Positions 30,451 to 40,320 of a DNA stretch of 64,000 bases are shown piece by piece (position 1 is the first letter of the stretch; each line of letters starts with the position of its first letter). This stretch comes from Thermoproteota archaeon (GTDB lineage Archaea; Korarchaeota; Korarchaeia; Korarchaeales; Korarchaeaceae), in NCBI GenBank assembly GCA_015522685.1, contig WALU01000049.1, positions 22,441 to 86,440 on the forward strand. The letters are read 5' to 3'. The notes below the pieces were generated by a model. The model searched no databases. It was given only the letters and a program-made list of their open reading frames with translations, and was not told the DNA's origin. The position numbers and the translations under genes are program-made.

Positions 30451-31278
30451 GTGAAGCATTTTAATCTGAAACTGAGAGTTAGTGCGAGGTTCTCTGAGAT
30501 GCATCCATGTAAAGATGCAACTAGAACTTGGCGCGGTATAAGGATAGCTGCAGATTATAAGTATACCATTGAGCTGGAAGGTAAAGGTAAGGCTGGTTAT
30601 TTTTACACAAGCCCAAATTTAATTGAGGAAGCGATAATAGGGTTTCTCTATTATAAGAAAGGGATAGATTATGATATACGCCTGGTGGATCTCACTAAGA
30701 TCAATGAGTTAGAATATTTAGCTAAAGTTTCAAGGAAAGATAAGTTATTGGAAATACCAAGTTGGGTAGAAGGCTCGATAGATTGGGACCTAGCTCTAAA
30801 ATTATTAGGGAAGTTATCAGAGCTTGTCCCAAAGAATGAATGCCCTTATGCATTCCATTCGATGGCTCTCTTCCTTTTACTTGATGGAAAAATCTCTTCC
30901 ATAATATCCCTAGTAGATGCAAGTAGACATACTGGTATGATTAAGATATTGGGATGGGTATTGAGGAAAGGCTCCTCTCTGAGTGGTTATACCCCTGTCC
31001 TAGTTACAACTGGTAGAGTTTCAAGCGATCTGATTGATATGATAAATTCCATAAAACTGAAAATTGTGCTAAGTCCGAGACATGCGTTAATGAGTGGAGT
31101 AGTTTCAGCAGAGTCGGAAGGTATCACTTTAGTTTCTAAGGATATAACTCGTAGATTGAAAGTATTTACATATCCAGAAAGAATAGCAAACGCCCCTATA
31201 GTTGAATGGAAAGAGAATCCAATAACAGCAAACTACAGAAAAGATGTAAGTAAGGGAGGAAGCCTGCCCATTTGTTAA
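30451..31278 (+). CDS. fdhD: FdhD-like formate dehydrogenase sulfurtransferase (divergent)
   Basis: FHSMAL, DASRHTGMIK, TTGRVSSDLI; adjacent to the fdh operon. Start may be ATG 30499. Confidence 0.75.
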   Translation: MKHFNLKLRVSARFSEMHPCKDATRTWRGIRIAADYKYTIELEGKGKAGYFYTSPNLIEEAIIGFLYYKKGIDYDIRLVDLTKINELEYLAKVSRKDKLLEIPSWVEGSIDWDLALKLLGKLSELVPKNECPYAFHSMALFLLLDGKISSIISLVDASRHTGMIKILGWVLRKGSSLSGYTPVLVTTGRVSSDLIDMINSIKLKIVLSPRHALMSGVVSAESEGITLVSKDITRRLKVFTYPERIANAPIVEWKENPITANYRKDVSKGGSLPIC

Positions 31279-31293
31279 TGTCCTTAAGAATTT

Positions 31294-32181
31294 TTATTCT
31301 CCTTGCTCTTGCTCAGATTCAGATTCAGACTTAGATTTGAGAGATGCGTTTAGACTATCTAACTTGAATGTCCATACCGGGTATAGTTCCCTAGGAATCA
31401 TTCCCCCGGCTATCTCCTCATCAACAACCTTCCAGTACTCACCGCATTTCTCACACACATAAAGCCTAAATTTGTTGCTCTCAAGAGAGTAGAAGCCAAG
31501 CTTCTTCTCATCTTCATTCCCACAGAACGGGCATTTTAACCTCCGAAATGGCCATTCCATTCCACAGATTTCACATTTGAGGGTTAATTTCCTCCCTTCA
31601 CCAGACATGTATCCTGTTCTTGTATAACTACCACATATCGGGCAGTATCCTCTATACCAGCTTTTAACGTCTATTTCATCGCTTGAGATCTCTTTAAGTG
31701 ATTTTAGAACAGGCTGTATTGTCCAAAGAGCCAAGGCTTTAATCAAGTCTAAGTCTACATCGAGACCTGCAGCTACGCCTCTCGCATAATCTTCTTTACC
31801 TTTTAGGGAAGATATAGCTAACTCTTTGATATCAAAAGCCCTTTTATCGAGGGCAGATAACACTTTATTTAAATCATCAATTAGCTCTTGCCTGTGTTCT
31901 TTCACAACACTGATTATTTCCTTCATTAGATCTTCCCAAAGCTCTTGCTTTATTGTGGGAATCCCGAAGATCTCTATTAGAGGTTTCCCTTCTTCAGTTA
32001 CCTTCCCTGCTCTTTCCCTTATAACATCCTTTTGCCAATCTATCTCCTCTGTAACTCTTTTAGATAACTTATCTTGGATTTTTAGTAAATCAGAGTAGAA
32101 AAGTAAGGATTTCCTAAGCTCTGGCTCATCTAGGGATATCTTATCAACTGCCTGCCTCAGTAAATCAAGCTCATCACTCAT
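31294..32181 (-). CDS. fdhE: Formate dehydrogenase maturation protein FdhE
   Basis: CPICG, CEIC, RRLKCPFCGN, CEKCGEY Cys pairs. Confidence 0.92.
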   Translation of the reverse strand: MSDELDLLRQAVDKISLDEPELRKSLLFYSDLLKIQDKLSKRVTEEIDWQKDVIRERAGKVTEEGKPLIEIFGIPTIKQELWEDLMKEIISVVKEHRQELIDDLNKVLSALDKRAFDIKELAISSLKGKEDYARGVAAGLDVDLDLIKALALWTIQPVLKSLKEISSDEIDVKSWYRGYCPICGSYTRTGYMSGEGRKLTLKCEICGMEWPFRRLKCPFCGNEDEKKLGFYSLESNKFRLYVCEKCGEYWKVVDEEIAGGMIPRELYPVWTFKLDSLNASLKSKSESESEQEQGE

Positions 32182-32250
32182 GTGATCACAGGTCCTCTAG
32201 ATGGACCTTTGATTTAATTCTTTTCATAAAAAAGAGGAAGGGGATTATAA

Positions 32251-32991
32251 TTACTCTTCTTCCTTCCTATGCCATCCTGGAAGATGCTTTGCAACATACT
32301 CTTCTGTCAGCCTACCGGTCCTGAACATCGCCCTTACCATTGGTCTATGTTCGGGTATTAGGACAGCTGTGTAAACATGAACTATCAGACCAATTGCTGC
32401 TAGGAAGAATCCTATATCATGTATCATGTGAGCCCATCCCCATATGCTTGGGGAGAACATGTCTCTGAACCACATTATGGTGCCAGTCACGTACATCACT
32501 ATCATTCCTATAATAACAGTCCATATCCATCCTTTCTGCCCTAAGTTATACTTGGAGAAAGGTACAGACTTTTTGTGTACATAATAGTCAACTAAGTCCT
32601 TAGTTCCTTTCTTAAAGCAGCTCCAGCTCCAGCATTCAGGCCATATCTCCATTTCCCTTAAAGCCCCAAGTTCCCCAAGGAAGAAGGGTATCAGTATTAG
32701 AGCCAAGCCAAAGGCTGAAAGTCTGTGTACGAGCCTCGCTATTTCCATTCCTAGCGAGTAGGGATTGTACACCGGGCCTATCACGACAGAAACTGGATAG
32801 CTGTAAAGGTAAGCTAGCCAGCCAAACCAGTCCTTGCTGATGAGAGGCAATCCCGTTAGGAAGAAAGCTGCAACAAAATGGATGAGATGCTTATGAACCC
32901 ATATCTGCATCTCACTGAATGTCCTAACTGCCTCACATTTGCTTATCCACATAGTATGAGTGATGCATTCCTCTTTAGCCATATCACTCAC
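32251..32991 (-). CDS. fdnI: Formate dehydrogenase cytochrome b (gamma) subunit
   Basis: Four TM helices with His ligands, KYNLGQK, HVY...AMFRTG...HLPGW. Confidence 0.9.
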   Translation of the reverse strand: MSDMAKEECITHTMWISKCEAVRTFSEMQIWVHKHLIHFVAAFFLTGLPLISKDWFGWLAYLYSYPVSVVIGPVYNPYSLGMEIARLVHRLSAFGLALILIPFFLGELGALREMEIWPECWSWSCFKKGTKDLVDYYVHKKSVPFSKYNLGQKGWIWTVIIGMIVMYVTGTIMWFRDMFSPSIWGWAHMIHDIGFFLAAIGLIVHVYTAVLIPEHRPMVRAMFRTGRLTEEYVAKHLPGWHRKEEE

Positions 32992-33790
32992 CTCCCTTCT
33001 TAAGTTCCTTCTTCTCTCCTTTTTCCTGCATTCTCTTAGCTCTCCAGTAGATGAAGTGACCAGCAGCAGCTAGGAGCGTGAGACCGACAAGACCCCATCC
33101 TATGGGCTTTACCACGTTGGCCTCAGACTCAATCTCTCCCTTACTTGGGTTCTTAAGAAGCCTCTCTCCAAAGTATTTTGGATCGGTGAGCTTTCCTTTA
33201 TATTTCTTAGATGTGTAAATCCAATGTGTATGGCCCACAACATTATTGACATTATCTCCGTAGACTTCATATCCCTGAGATTTGTATTTGTTCACTAGCT
33301 CATTGTAATCGCCGAATACTAAAGCATCTGTTGGGCATGCAGTAACACATGCTGGATTAAGCCCATTCTGAATTCTATCGATACAGAAGGTACACTTGTA
33401 AACTTTCTTGGTGTAGGGATCATATCTAGGAACATTGTAGGGACAGGCCTCAATGCAGTACCTACAGCCTATACACTTATCTTCTCTTATGACCACAGCA
33501 CCCTCTGGATGCACCTCTATCGCATTGACTGGGCATGCCTTAGCGCATGGAGCATTGCTGCAATGCATGCATTGCCTCTTAAAGAAGAGCCAGTGAAACT
33601 CACCACCATCCTCTATCTCCTTAGCCTCCATCACAGTCCAAACGTTTGGCAAGAGATCTGGAGGATTCGTCAACGTTGGAGTAAAGTCTGTTACCTCAGC
33701 TCTCGTGTTGTTCCAGACATGGCAAGCTACCTGACAAGCTCTACAAAAGATACAATTATCTACATTAAATGCTATAGCTTTTTCTCCCAT
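32984..33790 (-). CDS. fdnH: Formate dehydrogenase iron-sulfur (beta) subunit
   Basis: Four 4Fe-4S Cys sets (CIFCRACQVAC, CMHC..PC..ACP, CIGCRYCIEACP, KCTFC..PACV..CP) and a C-terminal TM anchor. Confidence 0.93.
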   Translation of the reverse strand: MGEKAIAFNVDNCIFCRACQVACHVWNNTRAEVTDFTPTLTNPPDLLPNVWTVMEAKEIEDGGEFHWLFFKRQCMHCSNAPCAKACPVNAIEVHPEGAVVIREDKCIGCRYCIEACPYNVPRYDPYTKKVYKCTFCIDRIQNGLNPACVTACPTDALVFGDYNELVNKYKSQGYEVYGDNVNNVVGHTHWIYTSKKYKGKLTDPKYFGERLLKNPSKGEIESEANVVKPIGWGLVGLTLLAAAGHFIYWRAKRMQEKGEKKELKKGGE

Positions 33791-33794
33791 AAGA

Positions 33795-36700
33795 TCACCT
33801 CCTTGGCCTTATACCAGGTACATTCACCTCATTAGCTCTGTAATCGTACTTCTCTGGAGACGCTTTCCTGACAAATGCCAAGAATACCTTTGACTCCTGC
33901 ATCGTGGTGACTGTGTCCATGTAAACATCAGTAATCGTATTCGCCACGGCATACGTGCTATGGGCGCCCTGCCATCCCCAATGCCAAGGTAAGTTTATGA
34001 CATATACTTCTTTACCATCTATATTGAGTTTAGGTACTCTATGCGTGACTAGGGCTCTCACATAGATGATGTTCCTGTTGTTTCCTACTTCCACTATATC
34101 TCCGGGTTTTATCCCTAGTTTATCTGCTAAAGGCTTTGGAATTTCAGCAAATGGTTCTGGAACAAGTTCAGCTAGAAGAGGAACATTTCTAGTGAGCTGA
34201 CCTGTATGGAAGTGCTCTGTCATCCTATTTGTCGTAGCGACAACCACTTCAGCTCCTTTTGGCTTCTCCATTTCTTTCGGTAATATACTAACTGTCTCCT
34301 TGAGATGCTCCCAACCAGATGGTGGCTCCAAGAATTTATAGTTCTCAGATCTCCTCCAAGCCATTGCAGGGTATTTTGTCGCTAAATCTAGACTTGGAGA
34401 TTCAACAGGCTCATAATGCGTCGGATATCTCATATCCCAGGCGAGGATCTCACTTGGATTGCTCGGGTTCGGATATGCATACCACTCTCCGTACTTCTGC
34501 TTCATCTTTATTATCGCTTCTTTAAAGCCTACCTGTTCCACAAGGCTTCTCAATTCCTGGCTGAACTTATCCTTCACTTTAGCCCAATCATAGTAACCAA
34601 CATACTTGATGGTCTTTCCATTAACTTTCTTTGTTCCCTTGAAGTATGGTTTGAGGTAACTAGCCTTCCCTGCGTTTACAACTTCCTTATCATAGTAGAA
34701 GCTCTCACATAATGGACATCTTATCCCTAACTCATTGTAGCTTACCACTTTAGCCTCTGAACTTGAGAATTCTGCTATCTTGCCAACAACCTTCTCGTAC
34801 CACAGTAGCTCCTTAGAACTCCTTGCCCCAGTGAACAAATCAGCCATTCCTGACCAAGCCCTCTTATAGAATTTGCCTATAAGGAAGTTATGCCCGGGTA
34901 TGAAAGCAGGTCTCCATTTTCCGCTCTTTGCATCCATTATTTCTCCGCTCTCTCCAGTTATACTAACTGCCATCCCATTTAGCTCCTTACCAACCATGAA
35001 CTCTCCTGAAGGGAATTTGAAGTTGAACTTCTTGCCTAATGTTTTTGAGAGAGTCCACAGGTTATAGAGGATCCTTACGTTCTTGGGCCAAGTCCAAGAC
35101 CAGTCCTTATACATAAGGTATTTCTTATCTAGAATACCGTCTATGTCATTTTCTTCCCTGAGTAGGGGCTTCCTGCGTTTAGATAAATTTCTATGGTAAT
35201 ACCAGTCATACATCCCATTATAGAGATCCACCGCTAGATCTATCTCCTTATAAACGAGTTCAGGATCCACATACGCGTAGTCAGAATCGGGGAACTTACC
35301 AGTAGCGTAATCCATGAACGGCTCTATCTTTCTCTCATATAAATCAACGAACTCACCGGTGTATGGATTCTTTATTGCTACCTTCTCGCTTCTCTTACCG
35401 TAGGTTAGGCTTGGCATTCTTACTACTCCATATCTCTTGAAATAGTCCCAAAGCTTGACCATTATCCAGAGATCAGGCTTGGCCTCTCCTGCGGGAGGTA
35501 TTACTCTATCCTGCCACTGAACCCAACGATTGCTATTAGTTATAGAGCCATATTTCTCATACTGAACAGCCCCAGGAAGCAAGACATCAGCAAATGTTGA
35601 CGTCTCAGTTTCCCATAAGTCAACTACCACTAGAAGCTTAAGAGAAGCTAGAGCTTGATATGTAGCAAGGGCATCTGCATCACTAACAGCTATATTCTCA
35701 GCCATTATCATTGCTGCTTTTATCACATTATCAAAGAGAACGCCCTGCCACCAAGTATTCTCAGTGTACCCTTTACCAAACGGGAAGTCGCTTATTACTG
35801 TCCCGTTCTTGGGATCGCTTTCTGGATCAGTCCCAACGAATATCCCCCAAATAAGCTCGAAGCGACGCCAGTTCTGGAACCACCAGGACCACATAATCTT
35901 GGCGGAGTTGACATTGCCTTTTTCCCTTGGGCCAAAGCTACCTCCGGCCCAGTCAGGTATATTCCAGTGCCAAGCATCTGGGAAGCCTTGATTCTTCCAA
36001 TCCTGGTAAACTCTCATTTGAAGTGGGCTTGATGGCTGCTTTATATATCCAGGTAATACGTGGGATAAGATACACATATCAGTTGTCCCTTGAACATTAC
36101 TATGTCCTCTATATGGGTTGAGACCACCACCAGGGAATCCCATGTTCCCTAACGTGAGTTGGATTAAGGTACTCATTCTAGTAATTTGAGTGCCTACGTG
36201 ATGTTGAGTTTGTCCCATTGCCCACTGTATTGAGCCGAACCTCTTGAAGTTTGTTGTCACTCCACTATTCTCTACGTAAGTTTTAGCGATGAGCTCGAGC
36301 TTATCAACAGGTATACCTGTTATTTTAGATACCTCCTCGGCTGTATAAGCTTTTGACATATCTTTGAACTCTTTTATCTCACTCAGATCAACGTTGAACC
36401 TTGTTGCATATTCCTTGAATGTATCAAGTTCATCTACAGGTGGATTTCTCTCCCAGAATGCATAATGAAGGAGATACATCATGAAAGCCAGATCTGAGCC
36501 TGGCCTAAAGAATGTGAATATATCTGCCTGAGAAGCAGTCCTATTGTACCTAGGATCTACGACTATTAATTTCAGTCCCTTCTCCTTACCCCTCAGAGTA
36601 TGCCTCATACTGACTGGGTGGTTCTCAGCAGGATTACCACCGAATATCAAGTAAGCCGTTATAAATTGAGTATCTATGAAAGTTTGAGTCTGAGCTCCGA

Positions 36701-37433
36701 AACCTACAGTACCAGCAAGGCCAGCCACAGTCGTAGAATGACATCTTCTAGCATCATGATCTATGTTATAGCTTCCTAGCATTGTCGCGAGCTTCTTTAT
36801 GATGTATGCTTCTTCATTGGTAAGCTTAGCTCCAGCCTCTATCCAAAACGGGAACTTCTTGCCTTTATAGTAATAACCATCACTATTCTTCGGATTCCAT
36901 CCAACTTCATCTAATATCTTCTTCGTCTTCCCAGCTATATAGTTAAAGGCCTCATCCCAAGTTACACGCTTCCAGACAGGCTTATATTTCTCCAGTATTG
37001 CTCTAAGCTCATCTTGATTTCTTACTTTCTTTAGTTCTTCAACAGGAGGTTTGGGATTGACCCTTATCATAGGATATCTTAGCCTCCTAGAGTTATACTC
37101 TCCAAGTAGCTCCAAGGACGCTTCTCCTTTGGGACATAGCTTCCCTTCATTCAGCGGATTATCTGGATCTCCTTCTAAATGAACAACACTATCTCCATGT
37201 TTATAGAATATTATTCCACAGCCAACGGAGCAATATCCACAAACTCCCCTAACTTCTCTTGTTATCTGTAAGTTTTTCTGGCCTATCTCGCCAAGATAGT
37301 ACCTTTTAGGCTTAGGAAGTCCAAGTACTTTCTTTGTAGCATCTGAGAACATTAAAGAAAATGCACCGAGGCCCGCTACCTTGAGAAAAGTTCTTCTTGA
37401 AACCTTCAAATCTTCTATCAAATTTTTTATCAC
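33795..37433 (-). CDS. fdnG: Formate dehydrogenase alpha subunit (Mo/W-bisPGD, Tat-exported, Cys ligand)
   Basis: SRRTFLK Tat motif, CGYCSVGCG...LCPKG, active-site ARRCHS, RGHSNVQG. Confidence 0.94.
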   Translation of the reverse strand: MIKNLIEDLKVSRRTFLKVAGLGAFSLMFSDATKKVLGLPKPKRYYLGEIGQKNLQITREVRGVCGYCSVGCGIIFYKHGDSVVHLEGDPDNPLNEGKLCPKGEASLELLGEYNSRRLRYPMIRVNPKPPVEELKKVRNQDELRAILEKYKPVWKRVTWDEAFNYIAGKTKKILDEVGWNPKNSDGYYYKGKKFPFWIEAGAKLTNEEAYIIKKLATMLGSYNIDHDARRCHSTTVAGLAGTVGFGAQTQTFIDTQFITAYLIFGGNPAENHPVSMRHTLRGKEKGLKLIVVDPRYNRTASQADIFTFFRPGSDLAFMMYLLHYAFWERNPPVDELDTFKEYATRFNVDLSEIKEFKDMSKAYTAEEVSKITGIPVDKLELIAKTYVENSGVTTNFKRFGSIQWAMGQTQHHVGTQITRMSTLIQLTLGNMGFPGGGLNPYRGHSNVQGTTDMCILSHVLPGYIKQPSSPLQMRVYQDWKNQGFPDAWHWNIPDWAGGSFGPREKGNVNSAKIMWSWWFQNWRRFELIWGIFVGTDPESDPKNGTVISDFPFGKGYTENTWWQGVLFDNVIKAAMIMAENIAVSDADALATYQALASLKLLVVVDLWETETSTFADVLLPGAVQYEKYGSITNSNRWVQWQDRVIPPAGEAKPDLWIMVKLWDYFKRYGVVRMPSLTYGKRSEKVAIKNPYTGEFVDLYERKIEPFMDYATGKFPDSDYAYVDPELVYKEIDLAVDLYNGMYDWYYHRNLSKRRKPLLREENDIDGILDKKYLMYKDWSWTWPKNVRILYNLWTLSKTLGKKFNFKFPSGEFMVGKELNGMAVSITGESGEIMDAKSGKWRPAFIPGHNFLIGKFYKRAWSGMADLFTGARSSKELLWYEKVVGKIAEFSSSEAKVVSYNELGIRCPLCESFYYDKEVVNAGKASYLKPYFKGTKKVNGKTIKYVGYYDWAKVKDKFSQELRSLVEQVGFKEAIIKMKQKYGEWYAYPNPSNPSEILAWDMRYPTHYEPVESPSLDLATKYPAMAWRRSENYKFLEPPSGWEHLKETVSILPKEMEKPKGAEVVVATTNRMTEHFHTGQLTRNVPLLAELVPEPFAEIPKPLADKLGIKPGDIVEVGNNRNIIYVRALVTHRVPKLNIDGKEVYVINLPWHWGWQGAHSTYAVANTITDVYMDTVTTMQESKVFLAFVRKASPEKYDYRANEVNVPGIRPRR

Positions 37434-37546
37434 CTCTCTTGCAGAGTAGGGTCAAAGACCCTAAAACTTAGTTGAGACTTTTACAATATAAATATAGCCG
37501 AAAAATAACTTTATTATTCATTTTGGGATAGATATATCGAATCATA

Positions 37547-37566
37547 GTTATTATAATTGTGATAAC
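37547..37566. promoter_or_regulatory. Imperfect palindrome upstream of the fdh operon (candidate regulator site)
   Basis: GTTATTATAA-TTGTGATAAC (8/10 dyad) in the AT-rich divergent promoter region. Confidence 0.35.
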
Positions 37567-37674
37567 GTAATTGTCATATATAATTTATCATATGTTAATT
37601 AGTCTTTATGTTTTCGGAAGTCATTAGCCAATTGTATACAAAGGGTTATAATCGAGGATTGGACCATTTAGTGT

Positions 37675-37812
37675 ATGAGTTGTGAAGAGGATGATAATTT
37701 CGTAGAAGAACAGCCAGAAGATGAATTTGCTCTAGAAGAGCTAATGTTCCCTGAGAGGTCTAAATGTAGGAAGAAAGGTAGTAGGAAGAGGGATAAGTTT
37801 GTAGCTCGGTGA
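37675..37812 (+). CDS. 45-aa hypothetical microprotein
   Basis: MSCEEDDNFVEEQPEDEFALEELMFPERSKCRKKGSRKRDKFVAR*; AAAGGGTTATAA (BRE/TATA) about 25 nt upstream. Confidence 0.5.
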   Translation: MSCEEDDNFVEEQPEDEFALEELMFPERSKCRKKGSRKRDKFVAR

Positions 37813-37954
37813 AAGTCCAAGGATCTTGTTGGTCTCTGCTCTTCTCTTTGTTAGTATACCGTGATGATATCATTTGATGGAATTTGTCACATGGGTATTC
37901 TATATTGGATAAGAGATAGTTTTATTAATCTGGGTTTTTAGGGAGTAGTCAGGA

Positions 37955-39016
37955 ATGAAACAAGAAAGTCTTCTAGATAGTTTGAAAGCATATAGAGAGG
38001 TAGCAATCACATACAAGGGACAAAGAATCCTCGATTCAAAACTTGCTAAGATTTTGGAGGACATAGATAAGAAAGGCTCTATTCTCTCTGCTGCCAAATC
38101 ACAGGGAGTATCTTATTCGTGGGTTTGGAACAAAATTAATGAAATGGAAGAACTATTAGGAGAAAAGGTAGTCTGTGTGAAGAGAGGAGGTCATAGAGGG
38201 GGAGGGGCCTCCTTAACAGATACTGGGAGGCTCGTTTTAGATTTTTATAATCAATCATCAGCTAAAGGTTATAGAAGGCCCTCTAAATCTAAAGCTGAAA
38301 CTAAGGAGGATAATACAGTATTTGGTGGGGGGTATGACCCTATCATAGAGGCTCTCCTAAAGCAATATGCCAGTGAAATAGAGTTTCAGTGGACAGGGTC
38401 CCTTACAGCTTTAACAGGTCTTCTTGCAGGTACAGTAGATATTGCTGGTATACATTTATATGATCCAGAGACAGGTACTTTTAATATCCCTTACGTGAGG
38501 AGGCTCTGGCTATCCGATTCCCTTATAGTGATGAGAGGATTTGAAAGAGAAATAGGCCTCATATTCAGGCCTGAGCTGGATGTATCCTTTCCATCGGAGA
38601 TAATAGAGAAGGGGCTTCGATATGTTAACCTAATCAAAGGTCATGGAGCCAGAGTACTTGCCGACTGTCTTCTAAGGATGAGTGTTAGGATGCTAGGTCA
38701 TAGTGATCCCAATTTGGAGAAGTTGATAAGGGGATACGATGTCGAGGTGAGAACGTCATTTGGGGTAGCCAAGAAGATAGTTAGAGGAGAAGCTGATGTT
38801 GGATTCGGCATAAGGAAGGTAGCCGTAGAGTTCGGTTTAGGGTTCAAAAGGTTATTATGGGAGAATTATGATCTTGCAATCCGAAAGGAATCGTTAGGAA
38901 AGCTTATGATATCTAAGATAATTGAGATTCTCACATCAGAGAAAGCAAAGAGTATGATAAGGAAAAGTGAGGGTTATAGACCTTCACCTGATTTTGGTGC
39001 CATTCTCCTTAGATAA
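37955..39016 (+). CDS. ModE-like HTH fused to a PBP-like ligand-binding domain (regulator)
   Basis: KGSILSAAKSQGVSYSWVW...RGGHRGGGASLT; GSLTAL...DIAGIHL...YDL. Confidence 0.88.
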   Translation: MKQESLLDSLKAYREVAITYKGQRILDSKLAKILEDIDKKGSILSAAKSQGVSYSWVWNKINEMEELLGEKVVCVKRGGHRGGGASLTDTGRLVLDFYNQSSAKGYRRPSKSKAETKEDNTVFGGGYDPIIEALLKQYASEIEFQWTGSLTALTGLLAGTVDIAGIHLYDPETGTFNIPYVRRLWLSDSLIVMRGFEREIGLIFRPELDVSFPSEIIEKGLRYVNLIKGHGARVLADCLLRMSVRMLGHSDPNLEKLIRGYDVEVRTSFGVAKKIVRGEADVGFGIRKVAVEFGLGFKRLLWENYDLAIRKESLGKLMISKIIEILTSEKAKSMIRKSEGYRPSPDFGAILLR

Positions 39017-39061
39017 GACTTAGAGCATTAACTGGGAACATGAACTATAGTTCCCTGTATC

Positions 39062-39367
39062 CTACTCGGGAAACATTTCCTCGATATGGCTCGTATCAGG
39101 GTTCCAAACTTTCAATTTTATCCCCTTTTTCTCCTTAGGTTCTATCATAAGATATCTCTTGGAAGTTTTGGTGGGTATTATAAAGTACTCATCCACTCTA
39201 CCACTCTTATGGTAAAGTACTAGTTTATACTTATTCTCTGTCCTTTCTTTCGTTTCTAGGTCTCTATACTCTATGAGAGCGAACTGACCTCTGGAGACTA
39301 TTGTCCTTATTTCCTTCTTTCCCTTCCTACTTATCGTTATTGCCTTCTCCACAGACATACCCATCAA
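39062..39367 (-). CDS. Hypothetical basic protein
   Basis: Clean ORF co-oriented with the upstream genes; no family recognised. Confidence 0.65.
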   Translation of the reverse strand: MMGMSVEKAITISRKGKKEIRTIVSRGQFALIEYRDLETKERTENKYKLVLYHKSGRVDEYFIIPTKTSKRYLMIEPKEKKGIKLKVWNPDTSHIEEMFPE

Positions 39368-39402
39368 ATATTGCTGTGATAGGAGGATATAATCTTCTCC
39401 AT

Positions 39403-39726
39403 TTAGTAACCATAGCCTTCCTCCGTGAAGCCACTTGTCTCTTCCTTTTTGAGATTAAGCTTCAGCATATCTCCTATTGTCGGTCTTCCTAACTTCTCAT
39501 ACTCTTCCGGAGTTAGTGTTATGGTTACCGCAGGCATTTGAACCTGAGCAACTGGAGTAGGTAGCTTCATGTACTTCTCCATAGCCCTGACTACTTGAAA
39601 CATCATAGCTTCCTCCTCGCTCTCAGGAGGAGGTACCTCTTCAACACCTTTAGGCCTGCTTAGAGAGAGGATTACCCCAGGAGGAGCTTTCCTGACTTCA
39701 GTCACTTCTAAATAAAGTTCTAACAT
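39403..39726 (-). CDS. Arcadin-1-like protein
   Basis: ESEEEAMMFQVVRAM...P, then PAVTITLTPEEYEKLGRPTIGDMLKLNL, resembling the arcadin-1 C-terminal (I)TLxLTEEE..xGDxIxI pattern (recalled, not searched). Confidence 0.6.
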   Translation of the reverse strand: MLELYLEVTEVRKAPPGVILSLSRPKGVEEVPPPESEEEAMMFQVVRAMEKYMKLPTPVAQVQMPAVTITLTPEEYEKLGRPTIGDMLKLNLKKEETSGFTEEGYGY

Positions 39727-39798
39727 TATAACCCCTTTTTTGAGTTGCATACATTAATAATGTTTGATCCTCCATTTCTTCAGTAGTCGCTATGAGCA

Positions 39799-40320
39799 TT
39801 AAGCTTTTCGAGGTAATGGAGGAAGGTACCTCATCCTCCTTCCCTCCCCTATTATCGCCTCAGCTAGCTCTCTAGGACTGTTATAACCTCTTGTATAGTC
39901 TCCTCTGGTAGAATAAACTCCTATTATAGGAGGAGCTAGCTGATCTATTAAGGAGATCGCTTCCTTAGCGCTCCACACAGCCAGCGCCTTGAAAACTCTC
40001 TCATCATCAGCTGCTATCTTCCTGAATCCTAGTAAAATAATTGCATCTGGCTTTACAGGCATCAGGCATTGAATTCCCTTGACAAGTTCATCTAAACTGT
40101 CAGGAACGTATGTAGATGTGTAAGCTATTCTACCGGCAGAGTATGCCACTTTCACACTTGCTCCAGCCCAAGCCAGTTCCATGAGTTCTTTAGGCATGCT
40201 TACTTTCCTCAATGATATTGCAGAGGCTACTCTATATCCAGAACTTGCCAGTATCTTAGTAAGAGCACCATATAAGTCATTTCTTTTGCTTCCTAAGATT
40301 GATACAAGCATCATTTTCAT
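39799..40320 (-). CDS. MobB-like protein with degenerate P-loop
   Basis: LVSILGSKRND...LASSGYRVAS...AGA...PDAIILLGFR follows the MobB layout but lacks GKT. Confidence 0.5.
   Translation of the reverse strand: MKMMLVSILGSKRNDLYGALTKILASSGYRVASAISLRKVSMPKELMELAWAGASVKVAYSAGRIAYTSTYVPDSLDELVKGIQCLMPVKPDAIILLGFRKIAADDERVFKALAVWSAKEAISLIDQLAPPIIGVYSTRGDYTRGYNSPRELAEAIIGEGRRMRYLPPLPRKA

Noticed and set aside
36735-36760. Selenocysteine in the FDH active site
   Set aside because: The codon is TGT (Cys) in ARRCHS and the ORF is uninterrupted.
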